Shown here piece after piece: positions 1 through 13,889 of a stretch of 64,000 bases of DNA. Position numbers and translations under genes: made by a program. The number at the start of each line of letters is the position of its first letter. Position 1 is the stretch's first letter. Source of the stretch: Eledone cirrhosa (lineage: Eukaryota); the NCBI GenBank assembly GCA_964016885.1, contig OZ024741.1:204352001-204416000 (forward strand), in the 5' to 3' direction. The notes beneath the pieces are model-generated. The model searched no databases. It was not told the origin of the DNA and saw only the letters and a program-made list of their open reading frames with translations.

Positions 1-228
1 GATGAGAAACGCTGAATGAAGAAGTGGCAGGTGGTGCCAGTAGAAGGAAGCTACAGTAGAGAAAGACTGAGAAAAACCCAGGGAGAACTGGTTAGAGTTG
101 ATCTAAAAATGCTGAATTTCAGAGAAGATGACAAAAGAATTTTGCAGGAGGGGGGAGGCTGTGTTAGAAAGACCCATCCAACCCATGCAAGCATGGAACA
201 ACAAACGAAAAATGATGATGATCATGAT
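1..228 (+). mobile_element. 3' end of degraded RTE-type LINE with tail
   Basis: Degenerate 'G..R.R.RKT' RTE C-terminus, then the local 3' tail ccaacccatgcaagcatggaa...aatgatgatgat. Confidence 0.6.
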
Positions 229-352
229 AAAAGAAAGCATACAAATGAGGGTAAACCACTGAATTACACAAGACAATGAAGAAATTTCCATATGGTTGTT
301 CAAATTGCTAAAAACAACAGCCTATTCTCCTCTCAAACCATACTCTAACATC

Positions 353-3300
353 TTGTTACTGATAATGGTTGTGATACTGATAATGGTTGTGATACTGATA
401 ATGGTTGTGTTACTGATAATGGTTATGTTACTGATAATGGTTATGTTACTGATAATGGTTGTGTTACTGATAATGGTTATGTTACTGATAATGGTTATGT
501 TACTGATAATGGTTATGTTACTGATAATGGTTATGTTACTGATAATGGTTGTGTTACTGATAATGGTTGTGTTACTGATAATGGTTATGTTACTGATAAT
601 GGTTGTGTTACTGATAATGGTTATGTTACTGATAATGGTTGTGTTACTGATAATGGTTGTGTTACTGATAATGGTTATGTTACTGATAATGGTTATGTTA
701 CTGATAATGGTTGTGTTACTGATAATGGTTGTGTTACTGATAATGGTTGTGTTACTGATAATGGTTGTGTTACTGATAATGGTTGTGTTACTGATAATGG
801 TTGTGTTACTGATAATGGTTATGTTACTGATAATGGTTATGTTACTGAAAATGGTTGTGTTATTGATAATGGTTATGTTATTGATAATGGTTGTGATACT
901 GATAATGGTTATGTTACTGATAATGGTTGTGTTACTGAAAATGGTTGTGATACTGATAATGGTTGTGTTACTGATAATGGTTGTGATACTGTTAATGGTT
1001 GTGTTACTGACAATGTTTGTGAAACTGATAATGGTTGTGTTACTGATAATGGTTGTGTTACTGACAATGTTTGTGATACTGATAATGGTTGTGTTACTGA
1101 TGAATGGTTGTGATACTGATAATGGTTGTGATACTGTTAATGGTTGTGATACTGATAATGGTTGTGTTACTGTTAATGGTTGTGTTATTGATAATGGTTG
1201 TGTTACTGTTAATGGTTGTGTTACTGATAATGGTTATGTTACTGATAATGGTTGTGTTATTGATAATGGTTGTGTTACTGATAATGGTTGTGTTACTGAT
1301 AATGGTTATGTTACTGATAATGGTTGTGTTACTGATAATGGTTATGTTACTGATAATTGTTGTGTTATTGATAATGGTTGTGTTACTGATAATGGTTGTG
1401 TTATATAACCATTATCAGTAACACAACCATTATGTTACTGATAATGGTTGTGTTACTGATAATGGTTATGTTACTGATAATGGTTGTGATACTGATAATG
1501 GTTATGTTACTGATAATGGTTATGTTACTGATAATGGTTATGTTACTGATAATGGTTGTGTTACTGATAATGGTTGTGTTACTGATAATGGTTGTGTTAC
1601 TGATAATGGTTATGTTACTGATAATGGTTGTGTTACTGATAATGGTTATGTTATTGATAATGGTTGTGATACTGAAAATGGTTGTGTTACTGATAATGGT
1701 TGTGTTACTGATAATGGTTGTGTTACTGATAATGGTTGTGTTACTGAAAATGGTTGTGATACTGATAATGGTTGTGTTACTGATAATGGTTGTGATACTG
1801 TTAATGGTTGTGTTACTGACAATGTTTGTGAAACTGATAATGGTTGTGTTACTGACAATGTTTGTGATACTGATAATGGTTGTGTTACTGATAAATGGTT
1901 GTGATACTGATAATGGTTGTGATACTGTTAATGGTTGTGATACTGATAATGGTTGTGTTACTGTTAATGGTTGTGTTATTGATAATGGTTGTGTTACTGT
2001 TAATGGTTGTGTTACTGATAATGGTTATGTTACTGATAATGGTTGTGTTATTGATAATGGTTGTGTTACTGATAATGGTTGTGTTACTGATAATGGTTAT
2101 GTTACTGATAATGGTTGTGTTACTGATAATGGTTATGTTACTGATAATGGTTGTGTTATTGATAATGGTTGTGTTACTGATAATGGTTATGTTACTGATA
2201 ATGGTTGTGTTATATAACCATTATCAGTAACACAACCATTATGTTACTGATAATGGTTGTGATACTGATAATGGTTATGTTACTGATAATGGTTGTGTTA
2301 CTGATAATGGTTGTGTTACTGATAATGGTTATGTTATATAACCATTATCAGTAACACAACCATTATGTTACTGATAATGGTTGTGTTACTGATAATGGTT
2401 GTGTTATTGATAATGGTTGTGTTACTGATAATGGTTATGATACTGATAATGGTTGTATTATTGATAATAGTTATGTTACTGATAATGGTTATGTTACTGA
2501 TAATGGTTGTTACTGATAATGGATGTGTTATTGATAATGGTTGTGTTACTGACAATGTTTGTGATACTGATAATGGTTGTGTTACTGATAAATGGTTGTG
2601 ATACTGATAATGGTTGTGTTACTGATAATGGTTATGTTATTGATAATGGTTGTGATACTGAAAATGGTTGTGTTACTGATAATGGTTGTGTTACTGATAA
2701 TGGTTGTGTTACTGAAAATGGTTGTGATACTGATAATGGTTGTGTTACTGATAATGGTTGTGATACTGTTAATGGTTGTGTTACTGACAATGTTTGTGAA
2801 ACTGATAATGGTTGTGTTACTGATAATGTTTGTGATACTGATAATGGTTGTGTTACTGATAAATGGTTGTGATACTGATAATGGTTGTGATACTGACAAT
2901 GTTTGTGATACTGATAATGGTTGTGTTACTGATAATGTTTGTGATACTGATAATGGTTGTGTTACTGACAATGTTTGTGATACTGATAATGGTTGTGTTA
3001 CTGATAAATGGTTGTGATACTGATAATGGTTGTGATACTGTTAATGGTTGTGATACTGATAATGGTTGTGTTACTGTTAATGGTTGTGTTATTGATAATG
3101 GTTGTGTTACTGTTAATGGTTGTGTTACTGATAATGGTTATGTTACTGATAATGGTTGTGTTATTGATAATGGTTGTGTTACTGATAATGGTTGTGTTAC
3201 TGATAATGGTTATGTTACTGAAAATGGTTGTATTATTGATAATAGTTATGTTACTGATAATGGTTATGTTACTGATAATGGTTGTTACTGATAATGGATG

Positions 3301-6300
3301 TGTTATTGATAAAGGTTGCGTTATTGATAATGGTTGTGTTACTGATAATGGTTTGTTACTGATAATGGTTGTGATACTGTTAATGGTGATGTTACTGATA
3401 ATGGTTATGTTACATAACCATTATCAGTAACATAACCATTATGTTACTGATAATGGTTGTGAAACTGATAATGGTTGTGATACTGATAATGGTTGTGATA
3501 CTGTTAATGGTTATGTTATTGATAATGGTTATGTTACTGATAATGGTTGTGATACTGTTAATGGTTGTGTTACTGATAATGGTTGTGTTACTGATAATGG
3601 TTATGTTACTGATAATGGTTGTGTTACTGATAATGGTTATGTTACTGATAATGGTTGTGTTACTGATAAAGGTTATGATACTGATAATGGTTGTGTTATT
3701 GATAATGGTAGTGATACTGTTAATGGATGTGATACTGATAATGGTTGTTACTGATAATGGATGTGATACTGATAATGGTTGTTACTGATAATGGTTGTGT
3801 TACTGATAATGGTTGTGATACTGTTAATGGTTATGTTACTGATAAATGGTTGTGTTACTGATAATGGTTGTGATACTGATAATGGTTGTGTTATTGATAA
3901 TGGTTGTGTTATTGATAATGGTTGTGTTATTGATAATGGTTGTGTTACTGATAATGGTTGTGTTACTGATAATGGTTGTGTTACTGACAATGTTTGTGAT
4001 ACTGATAATGGTTGTGTTACTGATAAATGGTTGTGATACTGATAATGGTTATGTTACTGATAATGGTTGTGTTATTGATAATGGTTGTGTTACTGATAAT
4101 GGTTGTGTTACTGATAATGGTTGTGTTACTGATAATGGTTATGTTACTGATAATGGTTGTGTTATTGATAATGGTTGTGTTATTGTTAATAGTTATGTTA
4201 CTGATAATGGTTGTGTTACTGATAATGGTTATGTTACTGATAATGGTTGTGTTACTGATAATGGTTGTGTTACTGATAATGGTTGTGTTATTGATAATGG
4301 TTGTGTTACTGATAATGGTTGTGTTACTGATAATGGTTATGTTACTGATAATGGTTGTGTTACTGATAATGGTTGTGTTACTGATAATGGTTATGTTATT
4401 GATAATGGTTGTGTTATTGTTAATAGTTATGTTACTGATAATGGTTGTGTTACTGATAATGGTTATGTTACAGATAATGGTTGTGTTACTGATAATGGTT
4501 GTGTTACTGATAATGGTTGTGTTACTGAAAATGGTTGTGTTACTGATAATGGTTATGTTACTGATAATGGTTGTGTTACTGATAATGGTTATGTTACTGA
4601 TAATGGTTGTGTTATTGATAATGGTTGTGTTACTGACAATGGTTGTGTTACTGATAATGGTTATGTTACTGATAATGGTTGTGATACTGATAATGGTTAT
4701 GTTACTGATAATGGTTGTGTTACTGATAATGGTTGTGTTACTGATAATGGTTGTGTTATTGATAATGGTTGTGTTACTGATAATGGTTATGATACTGATA
4801 ATGGTTGTATTATTGATGATAGTTATGTTACTGATAATGGTTATGTTACTGATAATGGTTGTTACTGATAATGGATGTGTTATTGATAAAGGTTGCGTTA
4901 TTGATAATGGTTGTGTTACTGATAATGGTTTGTTACTGATAATGGTTGTGATACTGTTAATGGTTATGTTACTGATAAAGGTTATGTTACATAACCATTA
5001 TCAGTAACATAACCATTATGTTACTGATAATGGTTGTGAAACTGATAATGGTTGTGATACTGATAATGGTTGTGATACTGTTAATGGTTATGTTATTGAT
5101 AATGGTTATGTTACTGATAATGGTTGTGATACTGTTAATGGTTGTGTTACTGATAATGGTTGTGTTACTGATAATGGTTGTGTTACTGATAATGGTTATG
5201 TTACTGATAATGGTTGTGTTACTGATAATGGTTATGTTACTGATAATGGTTATGATACTGATAATGGTTGTGATACTGTTAATGGTTGTGTTACTGATAA
5301 TGGTTATGTTACTGATAATGGTTGTGTTACTGATAAAGGTTATGATACTGATAATGGTTGTGTTATTGATAATGGTAGTGATACTGTTAATGGATGTGAT
5401 ACTGATAATGGTTGTTACTGATAATGGTTGTGTTACTGATAATGGTTGTAATATTGATAATGGTTGTGATACTGTTAATGGTTATATTACTGATAATGGT
5501 TATGTTACTGATAATGGTTATGTTACTGATAATGGTTGTGTTACTGATAATGGTTGTGATACTGTTAATGGTTATGTTACTGATAAATGGTTGTGTTACT
5601 GATAATGGTTGTGATACTGATAATGGTTGTGTTATTGATAATGGTTGTGTTATTGATAATGGTTGTGTTATTGATAATGGTTGTGTTACTGATAATGGTT
5701 GTGTTACTGATAATGGTTGTGTTATTGATAATGGTTGTGTTATTGTTAATAGTTATGTCACTGATAATGGTTGTGTTACTGATAATGGTTATGTTACTGA
5801 TAATGGTTGTGTTACTGATAATGGTTGTGTTATTGATAATGGTTGTGTTACTGATAATGGTTGTGTTACTGATAATGGTTGTGTTATTGATAATGGTTGT
5901 GTTATTGTTAATAGTTATGTTACTGATAATGGTTGTGATACTGATAATGGTTGTGATACTGACAATGTTTGTGATACTGATAATGGTTGTGTTACTGATA
6001 ATGTTTGTGATACTGATAATGGTTGTGTTACTGACAATGTTTGTGATACTGATAATGGTTGTGTTACTGATAAATGGTTGTGATACTGATAATGGTTGTG
6101 ATACTGTTAATGGTTGTGATACTGATAATGGTTGTGTTACTGTTAATGGTTGTGTTATTGATAATGGTTGTGTTACTGTTAATGGTTGTGTTACTGATAA
6201 TGGTTATGTTACTGATAATGGTTGTGTTATTGATAATGGTTGTGTTACTGATAATGGTTATGTTACTGAAAATGGTTGTATTATTGATAATAGTTATGTT

Positions 6301-9300
6301 ACTGATAATGGTTATGTTACTGATAATGGTTGTTACTGATAATGGATGTGTTATTGATAAAGGTTGCGTTATTGATAATGGTTGTGTTACTGATAATGGT
6401 TTGTTACTGATAATGGTTGTGATACTGTTAATGGTGATGTTACTGATAATGGTTATGTTACATAACCATTATCAGTAACATAACCATTATGTTACTGATA
6501 ATGGTTGTGAAACTGATAATGGTTGTGATACTGATAATGGTTGTGATACTGTTAATGGTTATGTTATTGATAATGGTTATGTTACTGATAATGGTTGTGA
6601 TACTGTTAATGGTTGTGTTACTGATAATGGTTGTGTTACTGATAATGGTTATGTTACTGATAATGGTTGTGTTACTGATAATGGTTATGTTACTGATAAT
6701 GGTTGTGTTACTGATAAAGGTTATGATACTGATAATGGTTGTGTTATTGATAATGGTAGTGATACTGTTAATGGATGTGATACTGATAATGGTTGTTACT
6801 GATAATGGATGTGATACTGATAATGGTTGTTACTGATAATGGTTGTGTTACTGATAATGGTTGTGATACTGTTAATGGTTATGTTACTGATAAATGGTTG
6901 TGTTACTGATAATGGTTGTGATACTGATAATGGTTGTGTTATTGATAATGGTTGTGTTATTGATAATGGTTGTGTTATTGATAATGGTTGTGTTACTGAT
7001 AATGGTTGTGTTACTGATAATGGTTGTGTTACTGACAATGTTTGTGATACTGATAATGGTTGTGTTACTGATAAATGGTTGTGATACTGATAATGGTTAT
7101 GTTACTGATAATGGTTGTGTTATTGATAATGGTTGTGTTACTGATAATGGTTGTGTTACTGATAATGGTTGTGTTACTGATAATGGTTATGTTACTGATA
7201 ATGGTTGTGTTATTGATAATGGTTGTGTTATTGTTAATAGTTATGTTACTGATAATGGTTGTGTTACTGATAATGGTTATGTTACTGATAATGGTTGTGT
7301 TACTGATAATGGTTGTGTTACTGATAATGGTTGTGTTATTGATAATGGTTGTGTTACTGATAATGGTTGTGTTACTGATAATGGTTATGTTACTGATAAT
7401 GGTTGTGTTACTGATAATGGTTGTGTTACTGATAATGGTTATGTTATTGATAATGGTTGTGTTATTGTTAATAGTTATGTTACTGATAATGGTTGTGTTA
7501 CTGATAATGGTTATGTTACAGATAATGGTTGTGTTACTGATAATGGTTGTGTTACTGATAATGGTTGTGTTACTGAAAATGGTTGTGTTACTGATAATGG
7601 TTATGTTACTGATAATGGTTGTGTTACTGATAATGGTTATGTTACTGATAATGGTTGTGTTATTGATAATGGTTGTGTTACTGACAATGGTTGTGTTACT
7701 GATAATGGTTATGTTACTGATAATGGTTGTGATACTGATAATGGTTATGTTACTGATAATGGTTGTGTTACTGATAATGGTTGTGTTACTGATAATGGTT
7801 GTGTTATTGATAATGGTTGTGTTACTGATAATGGTTATGATACTGATAATGGTTGTATTATTGATGATAGTTATGTTACTGATAATGGTTATGTTACTGA
7901 TAATGGTTGTTACTGATAATGGATGTGTTATTGATAAAGGTTGCGTTATTGATAATGGTTGTGTTACTGATAATGGTTTGTTACTGATAATGGTTGTGAT
8001 ACTGTTAATGGTTATGTTACTGATAATGGTTATGTTACATAACCATTATCAGTAACATAACCATTATGTTACTGATAATGGTTGTGAAACTGATAATGGT
8101 TGTGATACTGATAATGGTTGTGATACTGTTAATGGTTATGTTATTGATAATGGTTATGTTACTGATAATGGTTGTGATACTGTTAATGGTTGTGTTACTG
8201 ATAATGGTTGTGTTACTGATAATGGTTGTGTTACTGATAATGGTTATGTTACTGATAATGGTTGTGTTACTGATAATGGTTATGTTACTGATAATGGTTA
8301 TGATACTGATAATGGTTGTGATACTGTTAATGGTTGTGTTACTGATAATGGTTATGTTACTGATAATGGTTGTGTTACTGATAAAGGTTATGATACTGAT
8401 AATGGTTGTGTTATTGATAATGGTAGTGATACTGTTAATGGATGTGATACTGATAATGGTTGTTACTGATAATGGTTGTGTTACTGATAATGGTTGTAAT
8501 ATTGATAATGGTTGTGATACTGTTAATGGTTATATTACTGATAATGGTTATGTTACTGATAATGGTTATGTTACTGATAATGGTTGTGTTACTGATAATG
8601 GTTGTGATACTGTTAATGGTTATGTTACTGATAAATGGTTGTGTTACTGATAATGGTTGTGATACTGATAATGGTTGTGTTATTGATAATGGTTGTGTTA
8701 TTGATAATGGTTGTGTTATTGATAATGGTTGTGTTACTGATAATGGTTGTGTTACTGATAATGGTTGTGTTATTGATAATGGTTGTGTTATTGTTAATAG
8801 TTATGTTACTGATAATGGTTGTGTTACTGATAATGGTTATGTTACTGATAATGGTTGTGTTACTGATAATGGTTGTGTTATTGATAATGGTTGTGTTACT
8901 GATAATGGTTGTGTTACTGATAATGGTTGTGTTATTGATAATGGTTGTGTTATTGTTAATAGTTATGTTACTGATAATGGTTGTGTTACTGATAATGGTT
9001 GTGTTATTGATAATGGTTGTGTTACTGATAATGGTTGTGTTACTGATAATGGTTGTGTTACTGATAATGGTTATATTATTGATAATGGTTATGTTACTGA
9101 TAATGGTTATGTTATTGATAATGGTTGTGATACTGATAATGGTTGTGTTACTGATAATGGTTATGTTACTGATAATGGTTGTGTTACTGATAATGGTTGT
9201 GTTACTGATAATGGTTATATTATTGATAATGGTTATGTTACTGATAATGGTTATGTTATTGATAATGGTTGTGATACTGATAATGGTTGTGTTATTGATA

Positions 9301-9485
9301 ATGGTTGTGTTATTGATAATGGTTGTGTTACTGATAATGGTTGTGATACTGATAATGGTTGTGATACTGTTAATAGTTGTGTTACTGATAATGGTTGTGT
9401 TATTGTTAATAGTTGTGTTATTGATAATGGTTGTGTTGCTGTTAATGGTTGTGTTACTATAATGGTTGTTACTAATAATGGTTGA
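353..9485. repeat. 18-bp satellite (consensus GTTACTGATAATGGTTGT), about 9.1 kb, with higher-order structure
   Basis: Continuous tandem 18-mers with variants (TGT/TAT, ACT/ATT, GAT/GTT). Identical variant blocks recur at a 3048-bp offset (3441/6489, 3846/6894, 5018/8066). Confidence 0.98.
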
Positions 9486-10094
9486 GTAATTACTCTTTCA
9501 AAAACATACTAATTCAATCAACAAAACAGGCTGCTCATGAAATTAACATGCAAGTACATGTGTAACTTTAACATAGTTCTCAGAGATGCTGCATGACACA
9601 GTGTGTCAAGATTGGCCTTCTAACATTGTTGCCAGCTAAATGGACTGGAGCAACAAGAAATAAAGTGTCTTGCTCAAGGACACAATGTGCAGCCAGCAAC
9701 CAAACCACTAAGCCACCAGCCTTCACTACATAATAAAGTAGTGTTGTGCAATCCAGCAGATATCGATTTCTGAGATTGGACAATTGTAATAAAAAACCTC
9801 TAACATAAAACATAATTTAATATTATATGATCACTCAAAGATGGTAAATTGGCAAAATTGGTAGAGCATCAGGCAAAATGCCATTGCAATATTTCTTCTG
9901 GCTCTTTACATTATGAGCTCAAATACTGCCACGGTCAACTTTTCCTTTCATCCTTCCAGGATTGATAAAATAATGTACCAGTCAAGTACTGGAGTTGATT
10001 AATTCAACTTTGCCCATCTCCCAAATTTGCTGGTCTTTTGCTTAAATTCAAAATCAATATTATGTAATCATTGATTGAGCTTCCTCTCCAAGAG

Positions 10095-10294
10095 TACGAC
10101 GGTCAGCTGAAAAGTTCATAGGCTGACTATGGAGAATTGATGTTAGAGCTGTGAAATTTTGCATACATCAATTTCAACTCTTCTTATTAATAACTACTGT
10201 TTCTTTCCAAGGACTATGTTGAAAAATAAACCTCATATGGTCATTCCATGAGAGTATCTTGGTCAGCCTTTGAACTTTTCAGCCAACCCTCATA
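10095..10294. mobile_element. Tc1/mariner-type MITE
   Basis: Roughly 30-bp imperfect TIRs (tacgacggtcagctgaaaagttcataggctgac / gtcagcctttgaacttttcagccaaccctcata) with TA at both ends; similar to the mariner end at 21188. Confidence 0.75.
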
Positions 10295-11329
10295 TAATTC
10301 AAATATTACACAAGGGCTAAATCCATTTACTTAAAGAACTGCAGTACAGAGAACACAGTTGGAAGGCCTTTATTCATTCTCTGTAGCATTTCTACTTGTT
10401 ATTTGTACTGTTAGCATAATCATTTGAGCATCAAGAAAAATGCCTTACAGTTCAGGCTCTTTAAATTCTGAGTTCAATCTTGCCAAGGTCAAGTTTGCTT
10501 ATCATATTCCTGGGGTCAATAAAATAAAGTACCAGTCAAGTATTGAAGAAATTATTAATTGTACTGTTGCTTTGCTAAAGATTAGGGCATTTGAATTTTT
10601 TGTGCTACATATACTTCTAAGCCTTTCTTTCACTTTAGTAGGGTAATTTTTTTTTATAATTTTCAGCCAGAATATGAAAATGATATTGGGAGTGAGTAGT
10701 GTCCAACATTTCAACCATCATCATCATTTAACATCCACTTACCCAGCTAGCAAGGGTTGGAAGGGTCGTCCAAATCAGTACTTAATCATAGCCACTGATC
10801 TCACACTCTACAGAGTGCACTGCACATTTTCTCGTGGCACTAGAATTAGGGAGGTTGTCATGTCTTTGACACAACTTAGGAATCCTCTCTACCCTTAGTT
10901 TGGTAAATTTTCTATGGCTGAATACCCTTCCTATCACGAACCACAAATACTACAGAATGTACTGGGTGCATTTATCATGTAAATTACCAACACTAGAGAG
11001 GTTGTCATGCCTTTGACACAACTGAAGAGACCTCACAACCTATTTTTGACATGGATTCCAGTAGGATGCCCTTTCTATCACCAGCCACTTTACAGAGTGT
11101 ACTGTGTGTGTTTTTCTGACAATTTGTACAGCCAACTAGACTGACTTCACATGGTTTCTTGACCTGTTAGAAAACAGCAGTCAAATTTTTTTCAAACCAC
11201 TCAACTCTCTTAAGAAATGGGCAGATTGAATAATGTAGTCTAGAAAGTTAGAGTTATTGCCTTTATATCCAATTGTCCATGTTTGCATGGGTTGAATGAA
11301 GCTCAGAGTTTACCCTGGTTGCATGAGTA

Positions 11330-11540
11330 GTTAGTGGTTGAGAGTATAAGACTTCTTCCTTGACAGGATGCTAATCTATCACAGGGCTAAACCCATCTGC
11401 TGCTAGTATTCATATTCAGCTGAGTGGACTGGAGCAACATGAAATGAAGTGCCTTGCTCAAGGACACGACATGCCACCTGGTCTGGGAATTGAACCCATG
11501 ACCTTATGATCATGAATTGAACACCTTAACCACTTGGCCA
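11330..11540 (-). mobile_element. CORE-type tRNA-derived SINE (related copies near 9600-9700 -, 27410-27520 +, 42075-42410 +)
   Basis: Reverse complement has a B-box-like ggttcaattccc and a CORE-like gtgtccttgagcaaggcactt...ttgctccagtcc segment. Confidence 0.65.
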
Positions 11541-11687
11541 CTAGATATAGCCTAAAAAGACAGACTGGTCATAGCTAGAATGCCTCTCATTATAGACCTG
11601 CTTAGCATTGACCTGGAACAATACAACAGCTTATAATATATATATATATCTACAATGTTTTGAGGTTGTTTTCTTTTTGTTCTTTAC

Positions 11688-11860
11688 CCTTTTTGGTCCG
11701 TTCATCTTTGATATCATCATTTTCTTCATCATCATTTTTCTGTTCTTCTTCATCACTGCTAGCCTCAGAATCAATCAGTTTTCTCAAACCAGTCTCTTCA
11801 TCAACACCCTTTTCCTCATATTTTTCTTCTTTGTCACGGTCCTCAATTTCAGACATACTA
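11688..11860 (-). CDS. GTF2F1: GTF2F1 coding exon 9 (acidic/charged linker); donor uncertain, gene continues beyond
   Basis: ttgcag acceptor in phase with exon 8; SMSEIEDRDKEEKYEEKGVDEETGLRKLIDSEASSDEEE...; candidate donor AAGG|GTAAAG (otherwise stop at 11650). Confidence 0.75.
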
Positions 11861-12006
11861 CTGCAAAGACAAACATCCAACATGTAAAAAAAATTTTATT
11901 CCAGAATTTCACTAAGTGTGTGCGTTTCTGCATGTGTGCATGCGCTTGCGTATGTGAAAATAGTGGCAAAACATGCATGAGTGAGAAAAAAACATGGAAT
12001 AGCTAC

Positions 12007-12157
12007 CTAGCAGTGTCAGTCATATAATCCACTTCACGATCATCATAATCCCCTTCATCACTTTCTTCAATTGCTTCATTATCAGAATTGCTTTTAGAGT
12101 TCTTTTTAACTTTAGCGTTTTTTGTATCTTTCTTTTTGGGTTTATCTGGTTTATCAT
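12007..12157 (-). CDS. GTF2F1: GTF2F1 coding exon 8
   Basis: cag/gtag boundaries, phase-consistent; conserved RAP74 motif EAIEESDEGDYDDREVDYMTD. Confidence 0.9.
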
Positions 12158-12871
12158 CTGGCAGATATATAAATATATATAACAAAAATTAGGAAAAAAC
12201 TCAGACAAATATTGCTGCAATAAATTCCATCAAATACATACTGAAAAAATAATAATCCTATTGTTACTCTAATTTCGATGAAAGAAACTGCCTAAGGTTT
12301 TAAAATAATTTTTTAAATAATTAAGATTTTTTTTTTTTTTTTGTGATGGTGGTGGGTAGTAATATAACAAACTGGGTCATTATTAAGCTGGTGTTTAGAA
12401 TATAATTTCACAGGAAATATGCAACAAAGTATTATTTTTTTAAACTAGAATTTTTTTCCATACGCTGACGCATATGTGTATATGTGTGTGCATGTGTATA
12501 TGCATAGATTTATATGTATGAGTAAATTAATTTAAACGTGCAAACACAGACACACTTACAAAATACACACTCAGACATATATTCACACAAACACACACAT
12601 ACATTCACAAACATACACACATTCATACAAACACACACAGATACATTTACACAAACACACACATACACTCACACACAGCATAATTTTTTCACCATCCCCT
12701 TCTTTCCTTTTACACACACATACATTCAGGCAGGCAGCAGATGTAAAGAGAAAGGAGTAGTATGAGGTAGTCAAACTACTCCTCTCTCTTTACGTGTTGT
12801 GACTGAATTGCAGAAATTTATATATAGACGTCAGTTGATTATGTAAAAAGAAAATCTAAAATACAACTTAC

Positions 12872-12956
12872 CATTGTCGCTGCCTTCACGAGCATCATCT
12901 TCATCTCTGTCATCTTCATCAGACATAATAGCCCAGTCATCTAAATCTGTTAAAAG
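12872..12956 (-). CDS. GTF2F1: GTF2F1 coding exon 7
   Basis: acag/gtaagt; LLTDLDDWAIMSDEDDRDEDDAREGSDN; phases fit exons 6 and 8. Confidence 0.88.
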
Positions 12957-13889
12957 CTGTAATAGAAATGAAATATAGAAATAGTGAAATAATATATTCT
13001 ATAGTCATGAAAGTATAATTTACTATTTACTATTGTATTTTCAGGGTAAAGGCTTTATCTCACATAATATTGATTCTGAGATTTTAATGTTATTTATTTT
13101 GATAACAATACCTTAACATCAGTATGAGTGGCCAGTTACGGCCAGTTTGAACAGAAAGAGGTGAGAGAATTTTGACTGGCTATGGCCGGTTTAAATGCTA
13201 AAGGGTTAAGGTATGATGGTTTTATGGATCTAGTGTTGAACCACTAATCTTAAAATTATTAGCACTTTTGATACCAAACTGCCCCTGATTCTATGATATA
13301 AAACAGTTTGCTTTTAGGTGTTTATATGTGTCTAATGACCATCCATCATAATTTTATATAAGAATCTTTGTTAAGTTATGCTCCAAGCAACTTAATAATG
13401 AGGAAGTTAGTGATTTATTAAACCCCTCCAATTTCTTGATTATTTATAAAATGATTTGAAAATAATAGGCAGAGTAGGCAGAAATATGATAATGAAAAGT
13501 TAAAAGAAAATCTCACAGTTGAAACACTGCACAAAATAGGACTCAGCTAGTATATGAGATTTATAAGTATGCGACTGATAATTTAACACAGAATATGGGA
13601 AACTGTTCAGGCAATCAACAAGTTATTTATGTTTGTGTTGATATGTATGGAGCAGTGACATTATGTCTCCAATAAATAATATGCCCTGTAATATAGGGGT
13701 TTGATGAATGTTTAGCAGTGTATACCATAGTTAGAAGAATAAAGTATGGCTTGGCATCTGGAAGGGGATCCGGCCTAAGAAAACTTCTAAAAGTGTTGTC
13801 TCAACCCATACAAGCATGGAAAAAGCAGATGTAAAAATAATGATGATCATCATCATTTTACATCTGCTTTTCCATGCTTATATGGGTTG

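Noticed and set aside
296-9485. Dozens of long ORFs (poly-LLIMVV hydrophobic or DNGCVT repeats) suggesting a membrane, ice-binding or beta-solenoid protein
   Set aside because: They are stop-free frames of an 18-bp satellite. Frequent 1-nt indels switch frame, inversions interrupt them, and there is no unique N- or C-terminal domain or splice support
353-9485. Possible CRISPR-like or telomeric array
   Set aside because: No unique spacers and no cas genes; the unit is not a TTAGGG-type repeat; the context is eukaryotic and gene-flanked
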